From contig NC_043008.1 in NCBI RefSeq assembly GCF_006345805.1, positions 36,828,001 through 36,892,000 of the forward strand: a stretch of DNA of 64,000 bases, written 5' to 3'. The position numbers were made by a program, and so were the translations under genes. The notes under the pieces were generated by a model that ran no database searches, had not been told where the DNA came from, and worked only from the letters and a program-made list of their open reading frames with translations. Source of the stretch: Octopus sinensis. Lineage: Eukaryota. This document shows, one piece after another, positions 41,359-51,880 of the stretch. Numbering within the stretch: the stretch's first letter is position 1; each line of letters begins with the position of its first letter.

Positions 41359-41400
<42 letters not shown>

Positions 41401-41439
41401 TACATATATACATACATACATACATACATATATATATAT

Positions 41440-41668
41440 TTCTTTACTACCCACAAGGGGCTAAACACAGAAGAGACAAACAAGGACACACAAAGGTATT
41501 AAGTCGATTACATCGACGCCAGTGCGTAACTGGTACTTAATTTATCGACCCCCGAAGGATGAAAGGCAAAGTCGACCTCGGCGGAATTTGAACTCGGAAC
41601 ATAACGGCAGACGAAATACGGCAACGCATTTTGCCCGGCGTGCTAACGTTTCTGCCAGCTCGCCTTAT
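41440..41668 (-). mobile_element. SINE family S3 (young)
   Basis: CpG-rich copy ending in ttctgccagctcgcctt. Confidence 0.85.
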
Positions 41669-41730
41669 ATATATATATATATAGTATTAATTGATAGTAG
41701 GACATGGATTTCACATAAGACTTTTATTAG

Positions 41731-41775
41731 GTACAACATATGTTTCGACCCATCAGTCTGGATCTCTTCAGGTAC
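41731..41775 (-). ncRNA. Minimal type I hammerhead ribozyme (family D, left arm of inverted repeat)
   Basis: Minus strand: guac-CUGAAGA-gaucc(agacugau)ggguc-GAAA-cauaug-UU-guac. Helix III is the palindrome ACAUAUGU; cleavage triplet GUU. Confidence 0.85.
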
Positions 41776-41890
41776 ATTGATAAGGAAATCTCACCAGATA
41801 TTTTGTGCCCATTCAGATCAAGAATCTGGATGGGTATATAACAACAAACCAGCTGCCACAAAAAATATCTAGTGAGACTTCTTTATCAGT

Positions 41891-41935
41891 GTACCTGAAG
41901 AGACCCAGACCAACGGGTTGAAACATATGTTGTAC
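41891..41935 (+). ncRNA. Minimal type I hammerhead ribozyme (family D, right arm of inverted repeat)
   Basis: gtac CTGAAGA gaccc agaccaac gggtt GAAA catatg TT gtac on the + strand. Confidence 0.85.
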
Positions 41936-42151
41936 CTAATAAAAGTCTAATATGAAATCCATCTACTATTAATTTATACTGTTACCCTAACCATCACTGC
42001 GAAGTTCCTGAAGTATATCCAATAGAAGTGTACCACAACTATGGATGGCAATAGGTAGCCAAAACTGTGTCTGTGCTCTACTCACCATTTAAACACACTA
42101 ATCTAATTATACCTTATATTTACATATATACACATACATGCATACTAACTG

Positions 42152-42183
<32 letters not shown>

Positions 42184-42185
<2 letters not shown>

Positions 42186-42345
42186 GGAAAGTTTACAAAA
42201 ATAAACAAAAGACGAAGGCATCTGGTGTACAAACAAACAAATGTATTAGTATAGCGCTCAGGAATAGAAAAAGTCTTTTACATTTCAAGTCTACGCTCTT
42301 CCATAGAAAGATACACAGAAAAAAAACAAGGAGAAAGAAAAGGAA
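42184..42345 (-). mobile_element. Family B fragment with degenerate HHR (42275-42310)
   Basis: Minus strand cuuu-CUAUGGA-a-gagc(guag)acuu-GAAA-u-GUA-aaag; 3' end abuts (TA)n at 42155-42183. Confidence 0.65.
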
Positions 42346-42381
42346 AGAAAAAAAATGCGTGTAGTAGCTAACGATCTATCA

Positions 42382-42417
<36 letters not shown>

Positions 42418-42869
42418 AGGGAGTATTGCTCCAAACGTACAGGGAAAAATTCGATTTAGCATTAAATCAAATTTCACAGTATAAATATATAAAATATGAA
42501 TTAGAGATATGTTTGAGTTGCCTAATAGTGGTTTTATCTCTAATTCATATTTTATATAAAGATATATATATATATCATCATCATCATCATCATCATCATC
42601 ATTTAACGTCCGCTTTCCATGCTAGCATGGGTTGGACGGTTCAACTGGGGTCTGGGGAGCCCGAAAGCTGCACCAGTCCAGTCAGATCTGGCAGTGTTTC
42701 TACAGCTGGATGCCCTTCCTAACGCCAACCACTCCGAGAGTGTAGTGGGTGATTTTATGTGCCACCGACACATGTGCCAGACGAGGCTGGCAAACGGCCA
42801 TGCTAGGATGGTGTTTTTTTATGTGCCACCGACACAGGTGCCAGACGAGGCTGGCAGACGGCCACGCTC

Positions 42870-44450
42870 GGATGGTGTTTTTATGTGCCACCGACACAGG
42901 TGCCAGATGAGGCTGGCAAAACGGCTACGATCGGATGGTGCTTGTTACGTGCCCACAGCACGGAGGCCAGTCGATGCGGTATGGCTACGGCCACGTTCGG
43001 ATGGTTTTCTTGTGTGCCACGTGCCACCGGCACTGGTACCACAAGGATACAAATTCCATATGTTCATCTATTTTGATTTGTTTTGATTTTGATTTTCACT
43101 TGCCTCAACAGGTCTTCACAAGTGTCACAAGAAGGAAGGTATGCACAGTGGACTGACTATGTCCCAGGTAGGGGCCATGGGTTATGGCCTGACTAGTCTT
43201 GCCGGGTCTTCGGATGGTGTTTTTATGTGCCACCGACACAGGTGCTAGATGAGGCTGGCGAACGGCCACGATCGGATGGGGTTTGTCATGTGCCCACCGC
43301 ACTGACTACAGCACTGATGGATTTCTTGTGTGCCACAGGCACGGTACCACAAGATACAAATTCCATTGATGTTCATCTATTTGTCTATTTTGATTTGATT
43401 TGATTTGATTTGATTTTCACTTGCCTCAACCGGCTTCACAGGTGTCACAAGAGGAAGGTATGCACAGGTGGACTGACTAGTCTTGCCGGGTCTTCGGAAG
43501 GTGTTTTTTATGTGCCACCGACACAGGTGCAGATGAGGCTGGCGAACGGCCATGATCGGATGGTGTTTGTTACGTGCCCACAGCACGGAGGCCGGTCGAT
43601 GCGGAACTGGCTACGGCCACGTTCGGATGGTTCTCTTGTGTGCCACCGGCACTGGTACCACAAGTGTGTGCCACGGCACTGGTACCACAAAGATACAGAT
43701 TCCATTGATGTTCATCTATTTTGATTGTTTTGATTTTGATTTTGATTTTCACTTGCCTTAACAGGTCTTCACAAGTGTCACAAGAAGGAAGGTATGCACA
43801 GGTGGACTGACTACGTCCCAGGTAGGGGCCATGGGTTATGGCCTGACTAGTCTTGCCGGGTCTTCGGATGGTGTTTTTATGTGCCACCGACACAGGTGCT
43901 AGATGAGGCTGGCGAACGGCCACGATCGGATGGTGTTTGTCACGTGCCCACAGCACGGAGGCAGTCGATGCGTACTGGCTACGGCCACTTTCGGATGGTT
44001 TTCTCTTGTGTGCCACCGGCACTGGTACCACAAAGATACAAATTCCATTGATGTTCATCTATTTTGATTTGTTTTGATTTTCACTTGCCTCAACAGGTCT
44101 TCACAAGTGTCGCAAGAAGGAAGGTATGTACAGGTGGACTGACTACGTCCCAGGTAGGGCCCACGGTTATGACCTGACTAGTCTTGCCGGGTCTTCGGAT
44201 GGTGTTTTTATGTGCCACCATGTTCCCACATCACGGAGGCGAGTCGACGCGGTACTGGCTACGGCCACGTTCGGATGGTTTTCTTGTGTGCCACAGGCAC
44301 TGGTACCACAAAGATACAAATTCCATTGATGTTCATCTATTTTGATTGATTTTCACTTGCCTCAGCAGGTCTTCACAAGTGTCACAAGAAGGAAGGTATG
44401 CACAGGTGGATCGACTACGTCCCAGGTAGGGGCCACGGGATATGGCCTGA
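42870..44450 (-). repeat. About five tandem ~290-370-bp copies of the RTE ORF-end/3'UTR segment
   Basis: ctgactagtcttgccgggtc recurs near 43190, 43477, 43845, 44172 and 44447. Each copy carries the gatgttcatctattttgattt block. Confidence 0.88.
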
Positions 44451-47400
44451 CTAGTCCTGCCGGGTCCTCTCATGCACAGCACACTTCCATAGGACTCGGT
44501 CTTCAGTCATTTCCTTGGTGAGACCTAAAGTTCGAAGGTCGTGCTTCACCACCTCGTCCCAGGTTTTCCTGGGTCTACCTCTTCCACAGGTTCCCTCAAC
44601 TGCTAGGGTGTAGCACTTTTGCACACAACTATCTTCAGCCATTCTCGTCACATGACCATACCAGCGCAGCCGTCTTCTTGCACACCACAACTGACACTTC
44701 TTAGGTTCAACTTTTCTCTCAAAGTACTTACACTCTGACGATTATGAACACTGACATTACACATCCATCGGAGCATACTGGCTTCATTTCTTGCAAGCTT
44801 ACGCATATCCTCAGCTGTCACGGCCCATGTTTCACTACCATGTAGCATGGCTGTACGTACACACGCATCATATAGTCTGCCTTTTACTCTTAGCGAGAGG
44901 CCTTTTGTCACCAGCAGGGGTAAGAGCTCTCTAAACTTTGCCCAGGCTATTCTTACTCTAGCAGTTACACTTTCAGCACACCCACCCCCGCTACTGACTT
45001 GGTCTCCTAGGTAGCGGAAGCTATCAACTACTTCTAGTTTGTCTCCCTGGAACGTGGTAGAAGTTGGTCTCTGCACATTTCCAGTGTTTATTTCTCTTGA
45101 GCATCTGCCACAGACAAAAACTATTTTCTTAGTTAGCCTTCCTTTGACATTGCTGCACCTCTTATGTGTCCATAGCTTACACTTGGTGCACCTTATAGAG
45201 TTTCTACCTACACCTTTTTTACAGATCGAGCAGGGCCATCTACCTGAAGTCGTTTGTGGTTGGTCCACCTTCCTACTTATTAGGACTTTGGTTTTGGCTA
45301 GGTTGATTCTAAGGCCCTTCGATTCTAATCCTTGTTTCCACACCTGAAACTTCTCCTCCAGTTCTGATAGTGACTCAGCAATTAGAGCAAGGTCATCAGC
45401 ATTAGGAGCTCCCAGGGGCATCCTGTCTTAAATTCTTCCGTTATTGCCTGGAGGACTATGATAAATAGGAGGGGGCTGAGGACTGAACCTTGGTGGACCC
45501 CAACCTCTACCCGGAATTCTTCACTGTACTCGTTGCCAACCCTCACCTTACTAGCTGCATCTCTGTACATGGCTCGCACAGCTCTCACTAACCATTCATC
45601 TATCCCTAGTTTCCTCATTGACCACCAGATAAGGGATCGGGGGACCCTGTCAAAGGCTTTCTCTAAGTCAACAAAAGCCAGGTACAAGGGCTTACCTTTG
45701 GCTAGGTATTTCTCCTGCAGCTGTCTTACCAGGAATATAGCATCAGTAGTACTTTTCCCTGGCACGAACCCAAACTGCATATCATCTAAGCTAACTCTCT
45801 CTCTAATTAACTGGGCTATAACCCTCTCCGTAACCTTCATTACCTGATCCAACAGCTTGATGCCCCTGTAGTTATTTGTATCTAGGGCATCGCCTTTACC
45901 TTTGTAGCAGTTGACTATTATGCTGCTACACCAGTCATTGGGTATGACTCCTTCGTGTATCACCTGGTTAACTATACGGGTGACTATGCTATAGCCAACA
46001 CTACCAGATATTTTGAGCATCTCTGCAGTAATTCCTGATGGGCCTGGGGCTTTCCCTGTCTTCATGCTTCTAATTGCCTTAGCTACCACGGAACTATCAA
46101 CTCGGATAGCTGGTCCCTCTGTTGGGTCAACATTCGGCAGACTCTCTTTATCCCATTCATTTTCCTCATTCAGCAACCTTTCATAGTGGCGTCTCCAAGC
46201 TTCTCTCTTTGCATCCTCATTTAGCGCAAGTGAACCATCCTCCATGCGAACACATTTCTCTCCTACCACATCTCGATTCTCTCTCACACACTGTCTTGCA
46301 ACACGAAATACCTCAAGTCTTTCATCCTCACGGCGCAGGACATTGGCAAATTTTCTTTTATCTGCTTCCCCTCTGGCTAGATAGACCTGTCTCCTGCTTC
46401 CCTTCTGGCAGTCTGATACACTTCCCTGCTACCACCGTTCTTCCAGGCTTCCAAGCCTGTTTCTTTTGTCTAATAGCCCTATCAACAATATTGTTCCACC
46501 ACCAGTTATTTTGGGTCTTAAGGGGACTTTGCACCAGCCACAGATCTGGTCAGCGGCTTTCAGCAGGTTGTCCTCAGAAACGTCCAGTTGTCTTCTACCC
46601 CATGTGTAGCTATACCCCCTTCCACTTCGTCAAAGGCTTCAAGTAACATATCTCTAAATCTCTGTCCATTCGCAGGGTCTTTAAGCTTCCAGACCCTTCT
46701 TCTCCATGTTGGTCGTCTTCTAGTCGCCCTCTTAGTCCTGATCCTAAAGTCACTAACTACCAGTCTATGTTGTGGGGTGCATTCTTCGCCTGGGAAGGTT
46801 TTGGCATTTATAAGCAGCCATCTTTCCCTTTTTCTGGCGAGGATGTAGTCGATTTGGCTAGTATGCCGGCCCGATCGGTAGGTGACCAGGTGGCTTGTTG
46901 GTTTCCTGAAGTTAGTGTTGCAGATCATAAGACTATTCGCATCGCAGAACTCCAGCAGCCTGTTCCCTCCTCGTTGCGGGAACCATAACCGTAGCCTCCA
47001 TGCACGCCATGGAAGCCCCCAGCATGTCGTCCAACATGCCCATTGAAATCACCAGCCACAAAGAGAAGGTCCCTGTCGTTCGTCAATGAGGTGGTCTGCA
47101 GTAGGGTGTCATAGAAACTGTCTTTCTGTCCATCGGGTAGCCCTGGCTGAGGGGCATAGGCCGATATAATGGTTGCTAATCTATTATGAAGCACTATTCT
47201 AATCTTAAGTATTCTGTCACTTACTCTGATTACCTCATTACTCTATCTATCCATTTCTCAGCAATAAGTATACCCACGCCACCAACCCCGTCAGTGTTCC
47301 CTGCCCAGAAAATCTTGTACCTGTGTTCCTTGCCTGTGAGGAACCTAGCAGATCCTCCTCTCCACCTTATTTCTTGCATACAACATACGTCAACACGTCT

Positions 47401-47540
47401 CCGTTCAAGCATCTCGACTATCTCGCCAGACCTACCTTTCAGTGTGCCAGCGTTGAGGGTGCCCACCCTGAGGGGGTGGAAGGTATTGACCCGAGAGGCC
47501 CAGGGACGGGGAGCAGTGCCGTCATGTACCTGAAAAGAAG
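44451..47540 (-). pseudogene. RTE ORF (endonuclease-reverse transcriptase polyprotein), frameshifted as assembled
   Basis: Overlapping ORFs 47230-47574, 46925-47194, 46560-46928, 45382-46287, 44648-45421 and 44451-44690 join by frameshifts. The YADD codons are disrupted by a 1-nt deletion near 45405. Confidence 0.9.
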
Positions 47541-47756
47541 AAGAAAACTCGCATTTGGCAGAATTCATAAGCAAAGCAATGAACTTAAGTTCAACCTGTT
47601 ACACTGCACTAACATGTTTTTGCGCCGTATGGTCACCACCATATATAGAAGGGGTGGTATTGGTTTAAGGCCTTTAGGTGTTCATGGAAGAAAAGCAAAG
47701 GAAGGCAAGGTGAGATAAGGACTTCCGGTACTGGTGGTGGGGGCGGGAGGGCGGGC

Positions 47757-48252
47757 GCACTGGGAGAAGACGAGATTTAGGCGGCAGAAAGAAAGACAAG
47801 ATTTGAGATGGAAAGGTTTGCGGTCGTGTGCATAAGTTTCTATGAGTGGAAGTTGGGAAAGATGGGTTAGAGAATTAAGCGACAGAAAGACCAGATTTGA
47901 GACGAGTTGTTTTTTTTGCGGTCGTGTGAATAAGTTTTTGTGAGCGAAAGTTTATATGCTTCAGCTAGCATTTGAGACGAAGGATAACGATAATATATGG
48001 GGAACACAATAATAAGGCTTGATGGTGATAATAATACTTGCAAAAACAATGAAAGAGGGACAGGTCGTGAACTTAAATATGACTTAGCTGATATTATTCA
48101 TCATCCTGCGGTTCGTAGTTCGTGTGTTATAGCCAAGAGGAAAGCAATAATAAGGGCGGTCAAGCCTTGTGCGTAGGGTTTTATAAGGGAGGGGGTGAGG
48201 AGGTGTGGGTAGAAGCCTGTGGCAGCGAGTGAAAGTGAAATATATAGAGAGA

Positions 48253-48293
<41 letters not shown>

Positions 48294-48508
48294 CGATAAC
48301 AGAGGGAGAAAACGACACCGCAGAGAAAGAGAGAGAGAGAGAGAGGGAGGGAGAGAGACATGGTGATAACAGAGGGGCAAACGACACCGGGCACTGGGAG
48401 AAGACGAGATTTAGACGAAAGTAAGAAAGGCAAGATTTGAGATGGAAAGGTTTGCGGTCGTGTGCATAAGTTTCTATGAGTGGAAGTTGGGAAAGATGGG
48501 TTAGAGAA
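47757..48508. repeat. CpG-rich composite with ~118-bp direct repeats (47757-47874 and 48391-48508) upstream of the RTE ORF
   Basis: gcactgggagaagacgagatttag...gggttagagaa occurs twice, 634 bp apart, with internal partial copies and (GA)n between. Confidence 0.75.
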
Positions 48509-49341
48509 ATATATATATAAATATAATGAATTTGCTTAGACATAGCAATATCAATAATTATTAGTTGCTAGGACTCAAAATAAATGCTTTGGAATTAATG
48601 CATTAGGTGAGTACAGAGCATGATATAAATTATGAAGTTAGTTGCGTTATTTCTGTTCCCTTGTCATTCAATGATTTACATTTTCTCTCACACACACACT
48701 CACAGACACACACACAGAGCTACTCTTAAAATATTCTGGACTTTGTTGCATTTAGCTAGAAAGGATATCTTGTCTAAACAGCTTAGGCATTATGATTTCA
48801 GTATAATTTGGTTTTATTCATCTGTGGTGTTCTCAGAATTATGCTTACTTGCATATATTTACATATACTTCAATATCCAAATATTCTGTCTCCAAGTTAT
48901 AAATCCAAAATGCTGTGTATGACAGTGCTAAATATGTATTTCTATACAAAATCCATACACTCTGTAGTATGGTACTATCATTTAAACTTGTGTAGAGTGT
49001 GAAACTCTCTTGATAGTGCTAATGCAACTCATAATTTTTTTTTTTTTTGTGATTTATGTGGTACCAAATGACAAGTTTCAGGGAAATTTTGGGCATCTTT
49101 GCACACATGTGTTTTTCTTTGTTTTATTTAACTAAGGTATGCAGATACTGACATCTATTGTAGTGAAATATTTTTCTTCATATTGGTGTATTTTTAACAC
49201 CTTTTAATTGGTATCCTTTCGTCATCTTCAGGTGATATTCTTGAGTTAGGCCACAGATTGAACTAGAAAACCTCTAGGTAACCACTTGTGTCAGAGGACA
49301 CTAATGCTGCTTTATCTATTTATATGTGTGTGTGTGTGTGT

Positions 49342-49379
<38 letters not shown>

Positions 49380-50099
49380 ATTGAATAAGACAGAGTCAAC
49401 AAGAAGGAGTACAGGTGGACAGTTGTTTTTTAATCACTACACGTTTCCATACAACATAGTTCTTCATATATACAGGAATTTCATTATACAACAGTTTACC
49501 TGTATAATGGGATCCAGTTGTATTTCTTTGGGTGATATTCAATTGCTGTTCCTATTAGTTACAAAACCTTCAGCTTCAGTGCTAACATATCCATCTTCCA
49601 TATATATATATATATATACATATATACATATATATATATAGACAGATATAGATATAGATATATTTATATATATATATATATTAATAAATTTTAGGGTAGT
49701 AAAATGTATAATGTATATATATATATATGTATGTATATATATAAATGGTGCATTATTGGGTGTAATTTTCATTCCTGGAAGCAGGTTTGTGAAACCATCC
49801 ATCTTCAGAATATGCTGAAGATATTGAGGGATCCAATGCACAGTGATTGCTTCTAGAAAATGATTTGAATTGCTATTTCTGGTGTATTGTTACATTTTTA
49901 TTGATGCCCAAAAGGTTGAAAATCAAAACAGATATTGGCACATTGATAGGGTTTGAACTCAGTGTGCAGAGAATGGAACAAATATGGGAAAACCATTCTG
50001 ATCAATGCCCTAAATTTCTACCAATTTACCATCTTGTAAAAGTACCAACCCAAATCATAGATACTAAATCATAATAGAAATAACAATCAAATCTCATGT

Positions 50100-50475
50100 T
50101 TCTTTTATCTTTTATCTTTTATATGTTTCAGTCATTAGACTGTGGCCTTGCTGGAGCACCACCTTGAAGAATTTGTAGCCAAATAAATCGATACCCTGTG
50201 CTTTTTAAGCCTGATACTTATTCTTTTGGTCTCTTTTGTTGAACCAGTAAGTTATGGTGCTTTTATGGTGAGGTAAAAGCACCAACTCTGGTTACAATGT
50301 GCTGGTGAGAGACAAGCACAGACACAAAAACATTCACATGTGCACACGTACACACACACACTGGGCTTCTTTCAGTTTCTATCAACCAAATTCACTCACT
50401 AGGCTTTGGTTGACCTGAGGCTATAGTTGGAGACACTTGCCCGAGGCCCCACACAGTTCAACTGATCCCCAAACG
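50100..50475 (-). mobile_element. SINE family S2 (diverged)
   Basis: gtttcagtcattagactgtggcc...aaattcactcactaggctttggttgacc. Confidence 0.75.
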
Positions 50476-51289
50476 ATGTGACTAGTACTGTATTTTCTGG
50501 TAAATAAGTTGAATTTTGGGGTCAAAATTTACAACCCCCCAAAAAGGTAGGTTAATCTATACACCAAGACATCTTTGGAGGACCAAAAATTACATGTAAA
50601 ATATAGAAGGATTTCGAAAGCTAGAGATGATGTTTGAATGTTTAATCTACATGTTTAAACTATATTGACTTGTACACTGGAAAATGCAGTAATATAGTTC
50701 TAAATACATTATGCCTAATAAAAAAACAAAGTGTTCATAACTAGAATGCTTTCCATCACATGTATGCTTGATCCAGGCTAACTTTGATTTAAACCACAAC
50801 AATAAGAGCCAGTCCAAATGTTTCTTCAATTATGATACTAACTGTCTAGCAATTAATGGGTATCTTAAAGAGTGTTGAAGAACTTGAGCCATTTACTATT
50901 GCTAATGTTTTTCATTGTTATTCTTGCTACCAATCTAATCATGTTAAGAAATATAGTTAACTCTTAACCTGTACGTAGCATCTATTTTTGCCATAAATCG
51001 AATTTAATATTTGAAAATTCTGTTAGGAAAATCTGCAATACATACATGCATACATACATGCATACATACACACACACACACACACATACACACACACACA
51101 CACACACATATACATTCATACATATATGCATATATATGTGTGTGTATAGAAGTATATACATATATATATATATATATATGTCATATATATATGCATATGT
51201 GTGTGTACACACACGCACACACACACAAGTGCATACATATATGTGTATCTATCTATATATTATATATCCGTATCTAGATGTTGGCGGGA

Positions 51290-51452
51290 CAAATGATGGG
51301 CTTCTTTCAGTTTCCATCTACCACATCCACTCACAAGGCTTTAGTTGGCCCGAGGTTATAGTAGAAGACACTTGCCCAAGGTGCCACACAGTGGGAATGA
51401 ACCCGGAACCATGTGGTTCGTAAGCAAGCTACTTACCACACAGCCACTCCTA
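51290..51452 (-). mobile_element. SINE family S2, 5' half
   Basis: gggcttctttcagtttccatctacc...cttaccacacagccactcct. Confidence 0.78.
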
Positions 51453-51880
51453 TATAATAATGATGATAATAATAATAATAATAATAATAATAATATAATA
51501 ATAATAATAATTGATTAAGTAACCAGAAGATGGATTTGGTATTAGTCTTTTATTTTGTACAATCATCAGAATTCCTGAAGTAGATCCAATGGAAATATAC
51601 CCCAACTGTGGATGACACCAGACAGCTCAAACCATGTCTGTGCTCTGCTCAACACTTCAACACTAATTGACATATACTCATTAGTCCAAAATATTACATA
51701 TATATACACGCACGCTTGCACTCACACACACACACACACACACATGTATATTCAATTGAAACATCAAACTATCCTGTGAAATCCTGAAATCAAATACTTA
51801 GTACATTTAGTCAAGACAAATATCAGTCTATGTAAACAGGAAGCAAAATTAAGCTTGCTAACTAAAGATATTCCTAATTA

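Larger units (their letters stand above)
39121..41362. repeat. ~502-bp tandem array (3 full units + ~80 bp) followed by an inverted ~1.3-unit arm; each full unit carries a hammerhead ribozyme (retrozyme/Penelope-like)
   Basis: Unit start atttaaaaattaagggtagaaa recurs at 39121, 39624, 40126 and 40629. From ~40705 the sequence is the reverse complement of the unit, running to ~41362. (TA)n flanks both outer ends. Units differ almost only by 1-2 nt indels. Confidence 0.95.
41684..41980. mobile_element. Fold-back (inverted) Penelope-like terminal-repeat fragment, family D
   Basis: ~120-bp arms (about 41684-41808 and 41858-41980) are reverse complements around a ~50-bp spacer. Each arm carries an HHR; the left end abuts (TA)n. 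Confidence 0.75.
42575..47560 (-). mobile_element. Near full-length RTE-clade LINE (APE endonuclease + RT + PHD-type finger, long 3'UTR, (GAT)n tail)
   Basis: Minus-strand ORF pieces: LRVGTLNAGTLKGR..VDVCCMQEIRW, SAYAPQ..GDFNGHVG, SQIDYIL..QHRLVV (APE); GKAPGPSG..NYRGIKLL..QFGFVPG..FVDLEKAFDRV..GVHQGSVLSP..ADD (RT); LRWYGHV..GRGRPRKTW. The 3' end matches the dispersed tail family and ends in (CAT)n on + at 42575-42603. Confidence 0.95.

Noticed and set aside
49210-49235. CUGAAGA-ugac-GAAA on the minus strand
   Set aside because: No pairable helix II or helix I and no UH triplet; likely chance or too decayed.
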